Below are positions 1 to 13,710 of a stretch of 64,000 nt of DNA, piece by piece (the stretch's first letter is position 1; each line of letters begins with the position of its first letter). The stretch covers positions 1-64,000 of the forward strand of contig JAQGDQ010000797.1 in NCBI GenBank assembly GCA_030141605.1. Direction: 5' to 3'. This stretch comes from Tubiluchus corallicola. Taxonomy: Eukaryota > Animalia > Priapulida. The position numbers were made by a program, and so were the translations under genes. A model generated the notes under the pieces. The model saw only the letters and a list, made by a program, of their open reading frames with translations, had not been told where the DNA came from and searched no databases.

Positions 1-1
1 C

Positions 2-392
2 TTGCCATTAAAATACATTGATAATCACTGATAAAAACTTTACGAAGGTGATCAATCAGTGTTAGTTAATAAAAGCTTACGTCAAAAGGCAAATGCGTCA
101 GTGCAATCTAAACTACTGTGCAGCAATGGAAAGTAGCGACGAATAAAATCAAACATATTTACAACTATGCACAAAAAAATGAAAAAATTATGATTTAATT
201 AATATGGCCGTGGTATATAAATTCTAAATTAATGTGTATGTTGTCGTACTGGTGGGATGGTATTTCATATCTGGTTAATATTAGTGATTTTAATTTTGTT
301 TTAAATGCTGATAGGGACTTGATTTGTTTAACCTGTAACGGTAGAGAATTCCAAAGTAGAATTGCTTGCTTGATTACAGAGTTCGTTCCATA
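2..392 (-). mobile_element. LINE (CR1/L2-group) 3' fragment, near-identical to 33814-34207
   Basis: The reverse complement aligns almost base for base with 33814-34207 (ATGGAACGAACTCTGTAATCAAGCAAGC...ATGTATTTTAATGGCAA). It encodes a WNSLP...FKTKLK-type end of a LINE ORF2. Confidence 0.75.
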
Positions 393-923
393 TACACAAT
401 AAACACTGCTAATGGTCGTTATTTCTTTATGACCTTTTCCTACTGCATTACAGCTACAGCAAAAAGAAGAATAAACTTTCCCTCTTGAGAGACAGATACT
501 GCGAAATGAACTAGAATAGCAAGCAAATGCAATCTAAAGTAACATTCACACTAAATATCTCTCCCAAATCAATTTTGTCTCAGAAGCATGTCCAGTGCAG
601 TGATGGAAGCGTGTCAGTTTTCAATACAAGCTATTTTAATATACTATTTTATGTTCTGTCACGTTAGAAAGTGGAAAATTGATAGCACATGTAGAATGAT
701 CACGAATGTACAGCGGTACTTTGCTGTTCTTATTTACTAATCACAGTAAAAAACAACCGAATTGTTGGTAGAGTTAGTATTACTTAACTGGTTATAAACC
801 GTAAAAGATCATATCACCGTGTGGTTTATTCAAACCGTTTTCTTATTCTGATCATGCACAAGAGCGACTAAAGGTTGTTGTCAAACTATCATTAGAAACA
901 ACAATACACGTTACCTGCGTACA

Positions 924-1509
924 TTAAAGCAAAACCGAACCCAATCTTAAACTGTAGGTCAAAACAATCTACTCGTTAAATATTGAAAGGAAATATACTA
1001 TTTCTTAGAAAACAATTTCGTGTTCGCGCCACTAGTTCTTGGCTGTTACTTGCATTTCGCCATGCGCTGTTTAGACGGGCACTAGCGCCTGCATTTTGGA
1101 AACGCACTACACAAAAACAGGTGCTGTACCTTTCATTTCAGATGTGTTAGCTTCTGACGAACTACACACGTTCGACAGCTCGTGCATGAACACAGCAGTA
1201 AATTTGAAATTTCAATATTTATCTTAAAATATGCCTAGTTTTAATACATACACGGAATATCTTACAGTAGCACTGTACTTCAATCTTCGCTTTCGCAAAC
1301 ACGTGCAACACAATGGTGGAATATTTTTGCTGTTGAAAATTATGTTAGTTTGTCATCTATAGTTGGGCTCGCCCGCCGTTAATTAAGATTATAATCTATT
1401 AATTAATTATCAGAAACGCTTTTGCAGTATTAATTGTGTTAAAATGTATACTTTTTATCGGACTTGAAATATGGGGTAGTATATGAAAAATCATCATGTC
1501 TTCCTGTAA
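924..1509. mobile_element. Non-autonomous DNA transposon (Kolobok-like), copy 1 of 3
   Basis: Homologous in inverted orientation to 23822-24401 and 43996-44469. The ends are TTAA-AGCAAAACC and TCTTCCT-(G/T)TAA. AG...CT termini flanked by TTAA fit the Kolobok superfamily (inference). Confidence 0.65.
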
Positions 1510-2744
1510 CGAACCACATCCGTACGGTCGTGTGCTCGAAATTGACCCGATGACCCCTGTGCCCGGAACTTCCTTAATGGAAGATCTGGTATTCCTTGGG
1601 TTAATTTGTTAGGGGCTTCCTTTTTACTGAACGAATTTTTTTACAGGATCAAATACGACTTCTGCTCTAGCTTCAGGCATTTTTTTTACAAAGAAGCATT
1701 ATTTTTGCAGCATGTGTTTACAGCTTATAAGCGGCTTCTAAAAGACGAATTTTAATGTCATTTTCATTCAGTGAGTTTCTGTCTGTTTGTGCTTCTTGCG
1801 CGTCATTCAGTATTTCATTTATGATCACTAAATTAATGATAATAGATGGCTTAAAACAGTGAAACTGCAAGAGCTCGAGGAAACTGATTTACGAATAAAT
1901 TACCAACAATGATGCAAAAATCACATAATAGTAAATCATCAGGGGATTAAGTCTGAAAAGCCTGAAGTTTCTTGCTTATCAGTTGAGTTCCTGCAAATTC
2001 AGATGAGGTGCCTCTCACCTGAGGTGAATCTGAGGCTGAAATTTAAAAAAGGAGACGCTAACTTTCAGTCGGGGCATTTTGCTAAATGCTCACACTGCCA
2101 AAATATTCTTAGTAAAATTGTTATGTAAAAGTATGTTTTGCTAGACGTTTAAAGGGCAGATGTAGAAGGAAAAGCGGCTGCACCCTGTCTAAAATCCGCC
2201 CTTTATTTATCATGCGAACAATTTGCATTTGTAATTCGCAAAGGGGCTGCGCTGAGAGCAGAATTGACTATGAAAAAGCAGGGCTTCTTTCAAATAAAAC
2301 CGGCTTTGAAATAGCTTGGCTTCCCTCAAATAAAGAGACCGTATTAAATTAGTGGCTGCAATAAGTTAATGAGATTTGCTGCCATTTTTGAACGTGAATT
2401 AAATTTGTAAGACTTAATAAGACAGTTTTATGAGTTCCTTATCCTATTATAAGAGGATAATGGGATTGAATGGGAAGGTACACCTGCGCAAATTTCAGCT
2501 GAAGAGATTGACGTAGTGAACAGTCTATGGCTAAGAGTCTAAGAGTGTTAACCCTACATTTTGGCAGCCCCGCCGTCATCGCCAGAAGTTGAGTACTATA
2601 TCTATTTTAAATATATATATATATCTTACATTTATCAAATCCTTCAGTTTTTCGCACCTTATTTACACCTGCCTATTCGTTCACCAGTCAGTCAGAGAGT
2701 CAGTCAGTCAAGCAGTTGGATCAATCAGTTACTGGTTAGTTGGT

Positions 2745-2970
2745 TGCTTGCTTTCTGGTTTGGCTAGCAATTGGTTTGTTGTTTGGTTGGCTAGCTGGTT
2801 ATTGGTTGGTTAGTTGGTTGGTTGGCTGACTAGATGGTTGGCTGCCTGGCCGGTTGGCTGGTTGATTTGTTGGTTGGTTGGTTGGTTGGTCGGTCGGTCG
2901 GTTGGTCGGTTGGTTGGTTGGTTGACTAATTAACTGACAGCTGACTGAGTAGTTAGCTGGCTGGTTGATT
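2745..2970. repeat. (TTGG)n/(TCGG)n degenerate microsatellite
   Basis: Visible tandem TTGG/GGTC/GGCT units. Confidence 0.9.
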
Positions 2971-3477
2971 AGCTTTCACCACTAATCCTGATTCTGGTTG
3001 ATTATGTGCACCACGGGCCATGATCGTTCATTAACCCACCAATCCCTTCTGTAAAATTGTATCTGCCATTTGATTGACCTGCATTAAAACATTCGTGCTG
3101 AAAAGATTAAAATAGTCGCCTTTCAGCCACAAAACACGAAATTAACTCGCAAATCTGCTGAATATTGACAAATACAAACTGTGCACGTCTTTGTTTTGTT
3201 GTCTTTCATCTGATGTTAAATAACACGTAATGGTGAGATCTCTTTGTACACGTAAATTACAGCATATTAACCTTGAAAATCGAATTTGTAAATAATAACA
3301 TTGATAATAGTGACGTACTAATGCATGTACATAGAAGTGGAAGAACCCACAACGGATATTACGCATAATCAAGAAATGGTTTGATCATTTCATGTTGTTG
3401 TACTGTTAACGCTGTGTGCTAAGTAGATGAACGTGGGGGAGAAAGAAACAGAAGGAGAGAGACAGACAGAGAAAGGG

Positions 3478-3479
<2 letters not shown>

Positions 3480-3523
<44 letters not shown>

Positions 3524-3529
3524 AGGTAA

Positions 3530-3580
<51 letters not shown>

Positions 3581-3600
3581 CAGAGACAGAGAGAGAGAGA
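3480..3600. repeat. (GA)n microsatellite
   Basis: Visible GA run; it explains the SLSLSL ORFs. Confidence 0.95.
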
Positions 3601-4495
3601 AAGTGAGCAAGCAACCAAGGTAAATAAGTAAATGAGCAAGTGAGCAAGCAAGAAAGTAGGCAAGCAAGAAAGCGAGCAAGTAAGTGACATGTTTTTTTTC
3701 ATATAAATATTAAAAATCTCAACAAAACACTGTGATAATCAGCGAAAGATTAAACAAAAGGTAAATCAAATACTGGAGGCAAATGCGAAAGTGAGCTCTT
3801 TCCCGCTTTACTGCAAACTAACTAGGTCTAATTAAACATGATAATACAAACACACGGAAAATAGGTAGATGGACTATCAACACGTCTGTGTAAATCTTTC
3901 AAAAAACATGCATGGCGTTAGAAAATTTCACGGAAATGTCAGCTTTCCATATTTAACCAAACATAAAAGCATTAACGCGGCTTTTGTAGTAAAGCGTTTT
4001 ATCAGCCTTTTATTATAAGGAAAATGCAATGTGATAAAAGACGCGTTTGCTCTAATGCATGATATTCTCTGTTGGTTTCCACCTTGTTTTCGAAAAATTT
4101 AAGAATCAGTGAATCTTGAAAACACAAGAATAGGTTACTCAAGCGTAGAAAGGGAAGATAACAGCTGGGTTTTAGCAGTCGATCAAGTATTTTTCTATTA
4201 AAACTCTTAATAAAAAATTAATTGTTACTTAAGTTACAATTTGAAGCTCAGCCACAATACACAATTCAAACTTAAACCACAATATAAGCTCTAATCCACT
4301 TAAGCTTAAGCCATGATGTAAGTTTTAAGCCACAGTTTCAAGTCACAATATAAATGTTAAGCAATAAGTTTAAAGAAATGCAATTCTTAGGTAATCAAGC
4401 ATGACGAATTCATTGAAGGCAATATTGAGAACTTCAGACCCAAGACCCATGAGTTGCGAGTTCCAATTTCATCGAAATGAAATGCAGTTATGTTA

Positions 4496-4938
4496 CCGTA
4501 CTTTCCCATGTATAAGAGACCCTTGTGTATAAGAGACCCCTTCAATTTTTAGGCAAAAATTCTGGAAAAAAGTTTTTTGGTAATGAATAACTTTATTCAT
4601 CATAGAAATCATTAAATTAAGCAGAGAGCTTATGCAGATGCGTTGATTGGCTGCAGAACAATCGATTTCTCTCCAATACCAAAGAGACATTTAAAAAAAT
4701 AATAACTTACCCGGTACATTAATTTTATCATTAGAATTTAGCCATGGAGAAGATTTATTGAAAGGAAACTATAATTATTCGAAATAAAACAGTTGTAGAG
4801 CACTTATTTCTTTAAAATCATTAGTGTCACAATTTATGCATCTTATTGAAAAGACTTACTCCCATGTATAAGAGACCCCCTATTTTTAAAGTGAAAATTC
4901 TGAGCAAAAAAGGGTCTCTTATACACGGGAAAATACGG
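4496..4938. mobile_element. Tc1/mariner-pogo-type MITE with TA target duplication
   Basis: TIRs CCGTACTTTCCCATGTATAAGAGACCC / GGGTCTCTTATACACGGGAAAATACGG. TA at 4494-4495 and 4939-4940. Internal repeats of TGTATAAGAGACCC. Confidence 0.85.
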
Positions 4939-6559
4939 TACTTAAAAGTAGTGTAGAATATCACTTTTCAAAACATTGCATTACTTTACAGCATTCTGTT
5001 ACATTACGTTACACTTGTAGAGCGTATTCCAGAATGAATCTTTGGTTTATGACTTTGTCGTAAACGATTTTCTAGTTTAGACTTAAATCACGACATTCCA
5101 TAAGGTTCAATCTACAAATTAATGAAAAACAAAAGTTTATAAATAAAACAAAAATAAAATAAAACCAATTTAAGGTTATGCCTGTTACAACTGTAGTTTA
5201 AGTTTAAGCCACAATATAAATTTTAAGTCGCAATTTAAGCTTAAGACACAATATAAGCTTAAATGACAAAATCCAACATTATCTTCAACCTACATTAACT
5301 GATTAAATATCCTTTAAACTCCCAAACAGTGTTGTTTGGACATGCAGGCAATAAAAAAATACACAGATACAGTTTTCTTTTCCTTGTTTAAAAGCTGGCT
5401 AGCTTATAATGTTTCCACTAATTTCCATTAATTTCCTAATCAAGGAATTTAAGGTGGGGGTGTGATTGCTGCAAAATTGGCGACGAGTCACGTGGTAATG
5501 TACGTACAACCTTACGGTCTTTACTACCTTAAAAACACTAAAAATGGGCTAACGCCGACGAAGTTGATTTTGATTGGTTAGACCCTCATCATCCGTCTTG
5601 CAAAGGTCATTTCCTCGTAAAATATTCGTAATCATTCATAGCGCTATAATTTCCAATTTGCCTAATCTAGAATTAAATTTGCTGAACTAATAAAAAATTA
5701 AAACTAAAGGCGCTTTTAACAACCGCAGGTGTTATTATAAACTTAATGTATAAAACTAAGAAGCGTTTATGTGTCGCGTTCAGTGATTTTATTATCAATT
5801 TTCAAAACATAAAGTGCACGGCGCAGCTGCTTAAAACAATATTTAACTTACTGATTGCAATGCGGAAGCCATATCATGCTGAAATTCCGGATGCAGGAGT
5901 TTTAATATGCCTTTGTGTTCAGAAGTTTTTATTATAGATCCGATAATAAACTTTTGACAATTTTTAGATAAATTTTGGTAACTCTGCTAAACAGAATGTT
6001 CTACCTTTTCTGCTTTTCTCCGATAATAAGCATATTGAGCAATGATAAACAACCTTTCCTTCACAAAACACACTACACTCACCCAACTTATTTGCATATC
6101 CTACAACGCAGGAAGAACTATTCTTTCATGCAAAATTCATATAAGGAATGAAAGATGCTTTTCAAAAAAAAATTTAGCGCTGCATTTATACTATTTCCAG
6201 GGCTCAAAGTCTGTAATATTTACTTTTATTAGCTTTATTTCAGTATATGTCTGCTCGCTATCTTTGTGGAAAGATGATTTCGTATAGCAAATAGTTTACC
6301 GTTGTCTGTTACACAGGTGTGAAAATTCTAAACCATAAGTATGCTGTTAAACCATGACCCAAACCATTACAAATATATGAAGTGCATGAAAAAGCCTAGA
6401 AAGAATTAGTCTTTAGTTAAAAACAAGAGACACCTCTAGGTTTGTACTAGCAACCTGTAATAGAATCCAATGCAGAACCTGCTTTAATAGAAACACATCT
6501 ACACAATATATCACATAGTAAGATAGTATGACAGACTAACAGAAACTAGTTCATTTTCA

Positions 6560-6980
6560 TTATTGTTAGGTAGAGGTTGTAAAGCTTTTAAGCTTTTAGG
6601 TTAGGACTAGTTGAAGATGACAAATGTCAATGTGGCAGCATCCAAACACCAGAACATTTAATTTTTGATAGCCGACTAGTATTAGATGAACACAGGACAG
6701 CTTTGGAAAATGCAACTGGTAATAGAAATATAAGAAATATATACAGACAACGTAGCGAAAATGTTTTAAAACTGTATTTAAAAATTGTACGTCACTTGAT
6801 TAGAAATAGATTAACTATAAAATAAACTAGTGTAATTAATTAATAATGGTACTAACGATTATTTTAATTAAATCTGCTATGAGTGCTGTTGTACGCAAAT
6901 TTCAATTGTATATGAAAACTGTTTTTGTAATTTGCAATGCACATCATGTATTTCTAAATAAAAGATTTATAATAATAATA
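6560..6980 (+). mobile_element. Degenerate LINE ORF2 3' end (C-terminal Zn-knuckle) with tail
   Basis: Translates RLGLVEDDKCQCGSIQTPEHLIFD (CxCG..QT.EHL motif), followed by AATAAA near 6957 and an (AAT)n tail. Confidence 0.65.
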
Positions 6981-8266
6981 CTATATCACAATACTATATC
7001 ACTATAATCCAATTGACCCCCTTGTTTTGGCATCACTTTTGCAAAAATGAAATGTTTATTATGTATGAAACGAGTATAACTTTGTCATGTTAAACAAAAA
7101 TTGTAATGAGAAATCCTTGACTGTGTGACGCCAGGTGCTGAAACTGCGTTAAAAGCATACAGCTTATGTGTTTAACATCCATGTAGTACAGAACATAATT
7201 ACTAGAACCAGATAAGCATGAGTCGGATGACAAATAGATTAACGTAGGTCTAGTTCTGGTAGTTCATAATGTGGCTTGAGAGCTTTTATGTAAACGTGAA
7301 TGGTGACACTTATTTTGCGACCTTTTAACATTTGCAAAAACCATTGCAAGTGAAACGATCAATAAATTTATTACACATCTTTTGTTCAAAAAACACCTTG
7401 CTATATGCTCGAAAAGGTCTCAGTAAATGAGTGGCTGTTCCTTCCCCCAAGCAGCAACCACGTTTACTTCCCATGCAGGAAAACTACCTCTCTTAATTTC
7501 TGCGTTTCCTGATCAAGCCACTTTTCCACTTTCGCCGCAGACTCACTCGACTATTGATCTGTTTCACTGATACGAAGAGCTCCGCTATTGATGGAAGTTC
7601 TTAGTAACCTTTTTTAAACAATGCGATCGATGCTATCATGGTGCTTCAGGTGCGCCGCAATTAGGGTTTATTTGATTTCTGTTATACAGCAAGTATCTTA
7701 AGTACTTGTGCTAAACGTCTGCCGAGCATGTACACTACAATGAAAGACGTTCAAATTACTCTTGCAAAATGAACGTGATGCGGAGAAAACAGTTTTTCTC
7801 TATTTTAACAGATCACTGCTCAAACTTGCTGCTCACAATTCAATGATTAGTCTTTAATGCGTTAGTATTTTTTTTGATTAAATTTTCTTTAATAAAATTT
7901 AATTTAATTAAAATGTCCTAGTCTGCTGTGCATTGCTGTAGGCTATGCTCAAATCCTATCCTGTCTTGTCGTGCCGTATCCTGTTCCGTTCTGTTCCGCA
8001 ATGCTTTGCTCTGTTCCATTCCATTCTGCCCTACTTTGCTCTACTCTGCTGTGCTGCGTTGTGTTGTGCTGTGCTGTGCAGTGTCTGTTCAATTTCGTTC
8101 ATTTTTGTTCTGTCATATTTCGCTTGATTCCATTGCACTCCTCACCTTTCTGTTGTGCTCTGTTTTTTCATTTCCCTTTCTCTCTTTTCATTTCTTTTCA
8201 TATGTCGCGCATTATGTTCTTAACGTTCTATTCTATTTCACTTCATTTCACTGTGTTCTGTTCCGG

Positions 8267-8456
8267 TCTATTCTATTCTATTCTATTCTATTCTCTTCTA
8301 TTCTATTCTATTCTATTCTATTCTATTCTATTCTATTCTATTCTATTCTATTCTATTCTATTCTATTCTATTCTATTCTATTCTATTCTATTCTATTCTA
8401 TTCTATTCTATTCTATTCTATTCTATTCTATTCTATTCTACTCCATTCTATTCTAT
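8267..8456. repeat. (TTCTA)n pentanucleotide microsatellite with a degenerate 5' extension from about 7930
   Basis: Visible repeat; it produces the ILFYS-repeat ORFs at 7928-8602. Confidence 0.95.
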
Positions 8457-9179
8457 GTTGCTCCACTACATTCCATTCATATTCTATTCTCTTACACTCT
8501 ATTGCAGTCTCTTCCATTCTGTTAATTAACACGCAGCTACTTTCTCAATTAACCTTTTTAGAAAGAAAACAAAAGTCCCTCGCTGCACGATGCATAATAT
8601 AACGATGACACTTGAACAGCTCAGCACTATTTAAGAACATTACCCTAATTATTATTATCGAATAGTGCTCTGCGCTCTCCTCTTGCGAAGAAGAAACGCA
8701 TAAACATGGCATTATAATTACCCGAACCTAAATTTATAGACCATTAATAACACATCATGACCACTTTATGAGTTTATGGAGATACTGAACTAATGGGTTT
8801 ACGATAATGCGGGGGTGTCGTACGGCGCAGTACTCACTTGTTGTGCTTGTGGTATGAGCGCAATCTACTCAAACCACTAAATCACCTCAATTGAGATCGA
8901 TATAGAATTTTATTGGCATATGCATTATATTACAATGACATACATACAACAAAACAACAACAAAATACAAAAGTACAAAACTGAATTATTACATTATAGC
9001 TGAAGTAGACAAAAAATATAATAACAAATAACAATTTTAGTACAGATACAGTTAGCGTATCATAAAAAATAATAAACAATATTTTCATGTTAGTACCGTT
9101 TATTTCTTTTTAAATTACCTGAAAATGTAATGGGCGACTATTTTGCAGTCGCTACCTCTCATTGCAAATTTTAGCTTTT

Positions 9180-9420
9180 CGTTGTCGTTCAAGTTAATAA
9201 AATTACTATTGATGCCTCTTATTTGAGAATAGAAAGTTTATCTTAACCGGTTATAGAAGGAGCAATAAAACAATAGAATTTCGTCTTCTACCTGTTGGTT
9301 GTAGAAGTTATTGTGTTTTTTAGTTTTTGTAAACTTGCTGTTTCAGCTTGTGTTCATTCACTGCCCAACTATCTCATTGTAGTAACTGTGTCTGCTAGGT
9401 TATAGGGGACCTTGGTAATT
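9180..9420 (-). mobile_element. Degenerate LINE ORF2 C-terminal fragment
   Basis: The minus strand gives ...QVEDEILLFYCSFYNRLR, resembling the EDE.H...C..Y...R motif of LINE ORF2 ends. Confidence 0.5.
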
Positions 9421-11270
9421 TCTGTAATTTTCTCCAGTTAGTATAATAAAATGCTTAACTCTCGAATGAGTATGATAACTTTAAACAAAATATTAATGTT
9501 CTAGGTTTTCTGAAACTTGGCTGAATGAAAAAAATCATAATTATGTTTTATGAAATTCCCGGTTATAGTCAGGTTAACCAGATTAAGAAAAATTGTCAAC
9601 GCGGTGGTGACATATCATTTTTTTAGATAATACTATGCAATTTGACATCAGAAATGATTTGGCTGACAACATATTTAATTATGGGTATGACCGGATGATA
9701 AAGTTAAATAATTCCTAAATGTGGTGACTGGTGGTCATTAATTTTACGTATATTTTTTCAATGAAATGATTTACGTGTCCGCATGATTTAGTGAAATTTT
9801 TTCTAGCGCTCACAATTTTTATTTAAACTCAAATTGTGAGTAAAAAAATAGGTTCGATAATACTACTCATTAACTACAGTATACCTTATTAAACGCACGT
9901 CTGTTAGCGGAGTAAAATAGCTACCGTTTATAATAGCTATGGGCCCAAAACTGTAACTTTGATAAACTGTTGAATCTTTACGGAATTTAGTATTATAACT
10001 AAACTACAGCAGTTTACGCAAAACTCGCTTGCTTGCTTAACTCTCATTTCTAAGGCAGCAGTCTAGGTCGGCCTCCATCTGGGTAACAATTTGGTTAGTT
10101 AACTAGTTAGGCTAATTTTGAAAAACTATACATGAGCATGTATTTTCACAATCCACTGTGTAGACTGTGCACTCTTCGTCTTCCCAAATTTTGGCTATAT
10201 AAATTGTACAGGTAGCCGAAATCCAGGTGAAAATAATACGTGTGCGTTCCAGACCGTGCTCACTCAATGATGGCTGCCATATTGTGTCCTGTCATGAATC
10301 TCCGTGGCGCGTTAATTGCGTTACTCGCGCCTCGCACTGCATGAAAAATTGATCACACTTCGGTGCTAATCAAGCGCGTAGTACGTGAAAAGTGATGACA
10401 TTATCAACACCAGCAGATCGATCTTCCAGAAATGTCGCCATTTGCAAATGAAAATAAACACAAAAAAGCCGCCAGGACGGTGTGAAAAACGCCTGGAGAT
10501 GTTTACTTAATAACAGAACCGTATGACGCACGAGAGCTGAAAGCGTTTAGTAGTTAGCACGCCTTACAAGATGTGATATTTAAGGACATTTGATGGATTG
10601 TTGAAAGCAACTTCAGAAATAATGAACAAAACATTGGAAGCCACTTTCCTATGCAAGTCTGGCTTCATTGGGTGGTTCTGTGCCATTTCTCTCAAATTAC
10701 TAAGGCTGTTCTGAAGAGGCTAACAAGTAACAACAAGCCAGAAATACAGAGAAAACGAACTAAAAAAGGAATAACTCTCATTAACAAACAAGAACTTTAA
10801 AAATATGACTTTTTCACACGCTACTTCTCAATCATGATCATCCTGGCTTGACCAACTGACCCACAAGAAGTTAGCACATGTTAATTCAATTCAGTTCAAT
10901 TCATACTTTTATTTCAGATTTAAAATACATATAAAACACACACATAAGCTTAATAAAATATATGAAAGACATTAAGACTCACATTAATATACAGTTTTGT
11001 GTCAGTATAGTGTCGTCAGTATAGGTTTGTCAGTTTTGTTTCTTTTTAGCCGTAGGCCTACCGCTTATGAATAAAACCTTTCGCTTTTGTTTGTCCTTGT
11101 CATACTGCGCCCTTTATTAAAACAGTGTAAGTGTCCTTTCTCCTCTAGACTTTACAGTGTCCTTTCTTGGAGAACACTTATACTTTACTATAATAATAAT
11201 CTTTATTTGAAGTCTGCTTTTGGGTCAACAATTAACATTAGCTCAAAGAACTATTATCGCCAACTGTAAA

Positions 11271-11387
11271 TGCGTCAGGCAGGGCAACAGCAGGTACCAT
11301 TTTTAAAGTCTTTGGTATGACCCGGCCGCTGGTTCGAACTCACGACCTCGCAGACGAAAAGCAGACGCATTGCCACTAGACTAAACC
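11271..11387 (-). mobile_element. tRNA-derived SINE head plus conserved central domain (MetaSINE/MESC-like)
   Basis: Minus strand: A-box-like TAGTCTAGTGG, B-box GAGTTCGAACC, then GGGTCATACCAAAGACTTTAAAAATGGTACCTGCTG, recalled as the Meta/MESC SINE core. Confidence 0.7.
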
Positions 11388-13000
11388 GTCTGGTCTGATT
11401 TACTAATAACTGTGGATGAATAACTTATACATCGTGAATTAATTTATACTAAGTGACTGAAACCTTTGACTGTCAAATTTTTCAGCTCAGTAACGAAATG
11501 CTTTTGCAAGCAAATGGGTGCAAATCGAAGGACTACCACGGATGCATAAACCAAGGAACCGTCAGACAAACCACTGTTCAAAATACCACTACTACCAAAG
11601 GACCGCCAGTCAATGGATCACAGGTTAAAAGACTGCTGGTCAAAGATACATCTTAAAAGACCTCAAGAGGATCACAGGATACAGGACAAGCAAATAAATA
11701 CTACCATAGGATCAGCCATTCGAGGGAGTTTTTGTTATGTTTTGAGGAACGTTTGGTTACTGCACAGAGGGAAAACATCAGACAGAAGGCACTTAGTACG
11801 CTGTATTCATTTTACTGTTACACTTAAGCTTAGAAAAGTATAACAAAAAAATTGCGAAAAGTCGTCTATAAAGAGTAAAGTTCATTTATACTCTCACTGT
11901 GTAGAAATTTTCGGGCGTAGTGGTAGCCGCCATTATCTTGAAAATTATGACGTGGAAATGTAACCTTTTGTAAGCATATCGTGGTTTTCCGTAAGCGCGC
12001 TCTTTAAACCTCTGCAGCTTACCTAATGTTCATGCATAAATATCGCAGATTTAGCAATCTAATTTTTTGTAAAATCTTATACATATGACGGAAATTGACA
12101 CTCTACTTTTCTTATTACGTCAATGTGACGTCATTATTGGAAGAAATGGTCATTTAAAATAGGAACGCCTTAGCGTGAAATGATCGCGACTTTAAAGTGA
12201 TCTTAGTAATTACACGAGACGTTTTCACACTTTTCTTACTAAGTTTTAACAGTTTTTGTGAACACTGAAATAAGCCTAACTTCCCAGACAGACGGCTTTC
12301 CTTTAAACCATTGAACTTCATCAACATGGATGTTTATTCTGTCACGAGATGTTGTACGTCAAAACACGCGAGGCTTGGTGACCTTTAGCTTAATTGACGA
12401 AACAGATTCTATCTTGCACAGGTGCAGTGAGCAAACTAAGACATATTGATCAACAAAAATTTCGGTCTTCTGCAAAATCATTTACAAGAATTATTGAAAA
12501 CGATTTACTTTAAAAGGCGACATTTTTTTCCAAAACGCCAACCGGAAATATCCTCATCAGTGGGCATCATTTTTCATGCTGATTTGATTAATTATGCTCA
12601 CGTCTGTTAGCAATAAGGGTAATAATTGTGATGAATTTTAGCTGATAGCGTGACTACCTTAAGTACTGTCTAATCCCGCATAGGTATGCTCTTATTACCG
12701 CAACAGTTGTGATGAAAACTTATTGCTTGTACAAATCCTGCTGCAGCTGAACCGTAATATACATTATTCTGCGTTGAAAAGTTTTTGCGTAGAGAATAAA
12801 AAGCTTTTCGATTTGCCAAATTTTCTATCAAAGATTGAAATTCATTATAATTAGACAACGCTAAACAAGAGTTTAGTTGGTTCTTTAACCAAGAGTGTCT
12901 TTTATCCTTCAATAGATTTTTAACAACGTTACCAATTTTAATAATTTTTGATAAAAGTTGTTAATAGGCCAGAGAGGTGACATCAGAACGTCCTGAAAAA

Positions 13001-13008
13001 ATGATGAC

Positions 13009-13073
<65 letters not shown>
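13001..13073. repeat. (GAT)n microsatellite
   Basis: Visible repeat. Confidence 0.95.
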
Positions 13074-13074
<1 letters not shown>

Positions 13075-13276
13075 AGTGGTAAATATTTTTATTCGTACAT
13101 AAATATATGTTAATGTCACTGTGTGTGTAGTGTTAGCTTTGCACCTGACGCATTTGTCTTTTTACAGTTTTTAATGCACTAATGAATGTCATATACAGAT
13201 GACTATTTTTAACACATTTGTGATAAACAACTTTTATAAGACAAATAAAGACTACATAATTATTGAATATATGCAT

Positions 13277-13710
13277 ATATACAATATGCATATACTGGAT
13301 GCCCATTTCGACTCTAGGTGGAGGAGCTGCACAAGCAGCCAACGGCTAGAGGGCGGAGGAGGTCAAGTGACCCAACGGTCATGTGTAGAGGAGTAAACCT
13401 TCCAATTCAGGAGTGGAGCTCCGAAGGCGGACCAGTGCAGCATGCTCACTGACTCCGGCAGCTCCTGCAGCCAACCTGGTGCCAAACGTATCGCTCCGCT
13501 TTACTTTGGACTACACCAGGGAGGAAGAGAGGGGGTTCCTATTGTCTGGGCAACTCAGGATCTCCATACACCTTGCCCAGACGTGTGCCCTGAAAACGGT
13601 CAAGGATCGGACTGCTCAGCCACAGTCGACGCTGCAGCTCCATCAATGTCATCAATAACTGACTCTCTTGGCGCGCACTCCATTGTCTTCCGAGACAGAA
13701 GGATGCCAAC
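13277..13710. other. GC-rich insert of unknown origin (probable retroelement relic)
   Basis: Abrupt change to GC-rich, coding-like composition within AT-rich DNA, bounded by AT/TA-rich runs. No frame is open throughout. Confidence 0.4.

Noticed and set aside
3390-3702. SLSLSL ORFs (also 17869-18207) and CVCV ORFs (43749, 45008, 52600)
   Set aside because: Artefacts of dinucleotide repeats.
7928-8602. 224-aa and 184-aa hydrophobic ORFs
   Set aside because: Translations of the (TTCTA)n microsatellite.
11271-11387. tRNA gene
   Set aside because: A and B boxes are present but no cloverleaf could be built, and the sequence continues into a SINE core.
12535-12566. Minus-strand CTGATGAGGATATTTCC hammerhead-like start
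   Set aside because: The GAAA box is absent.
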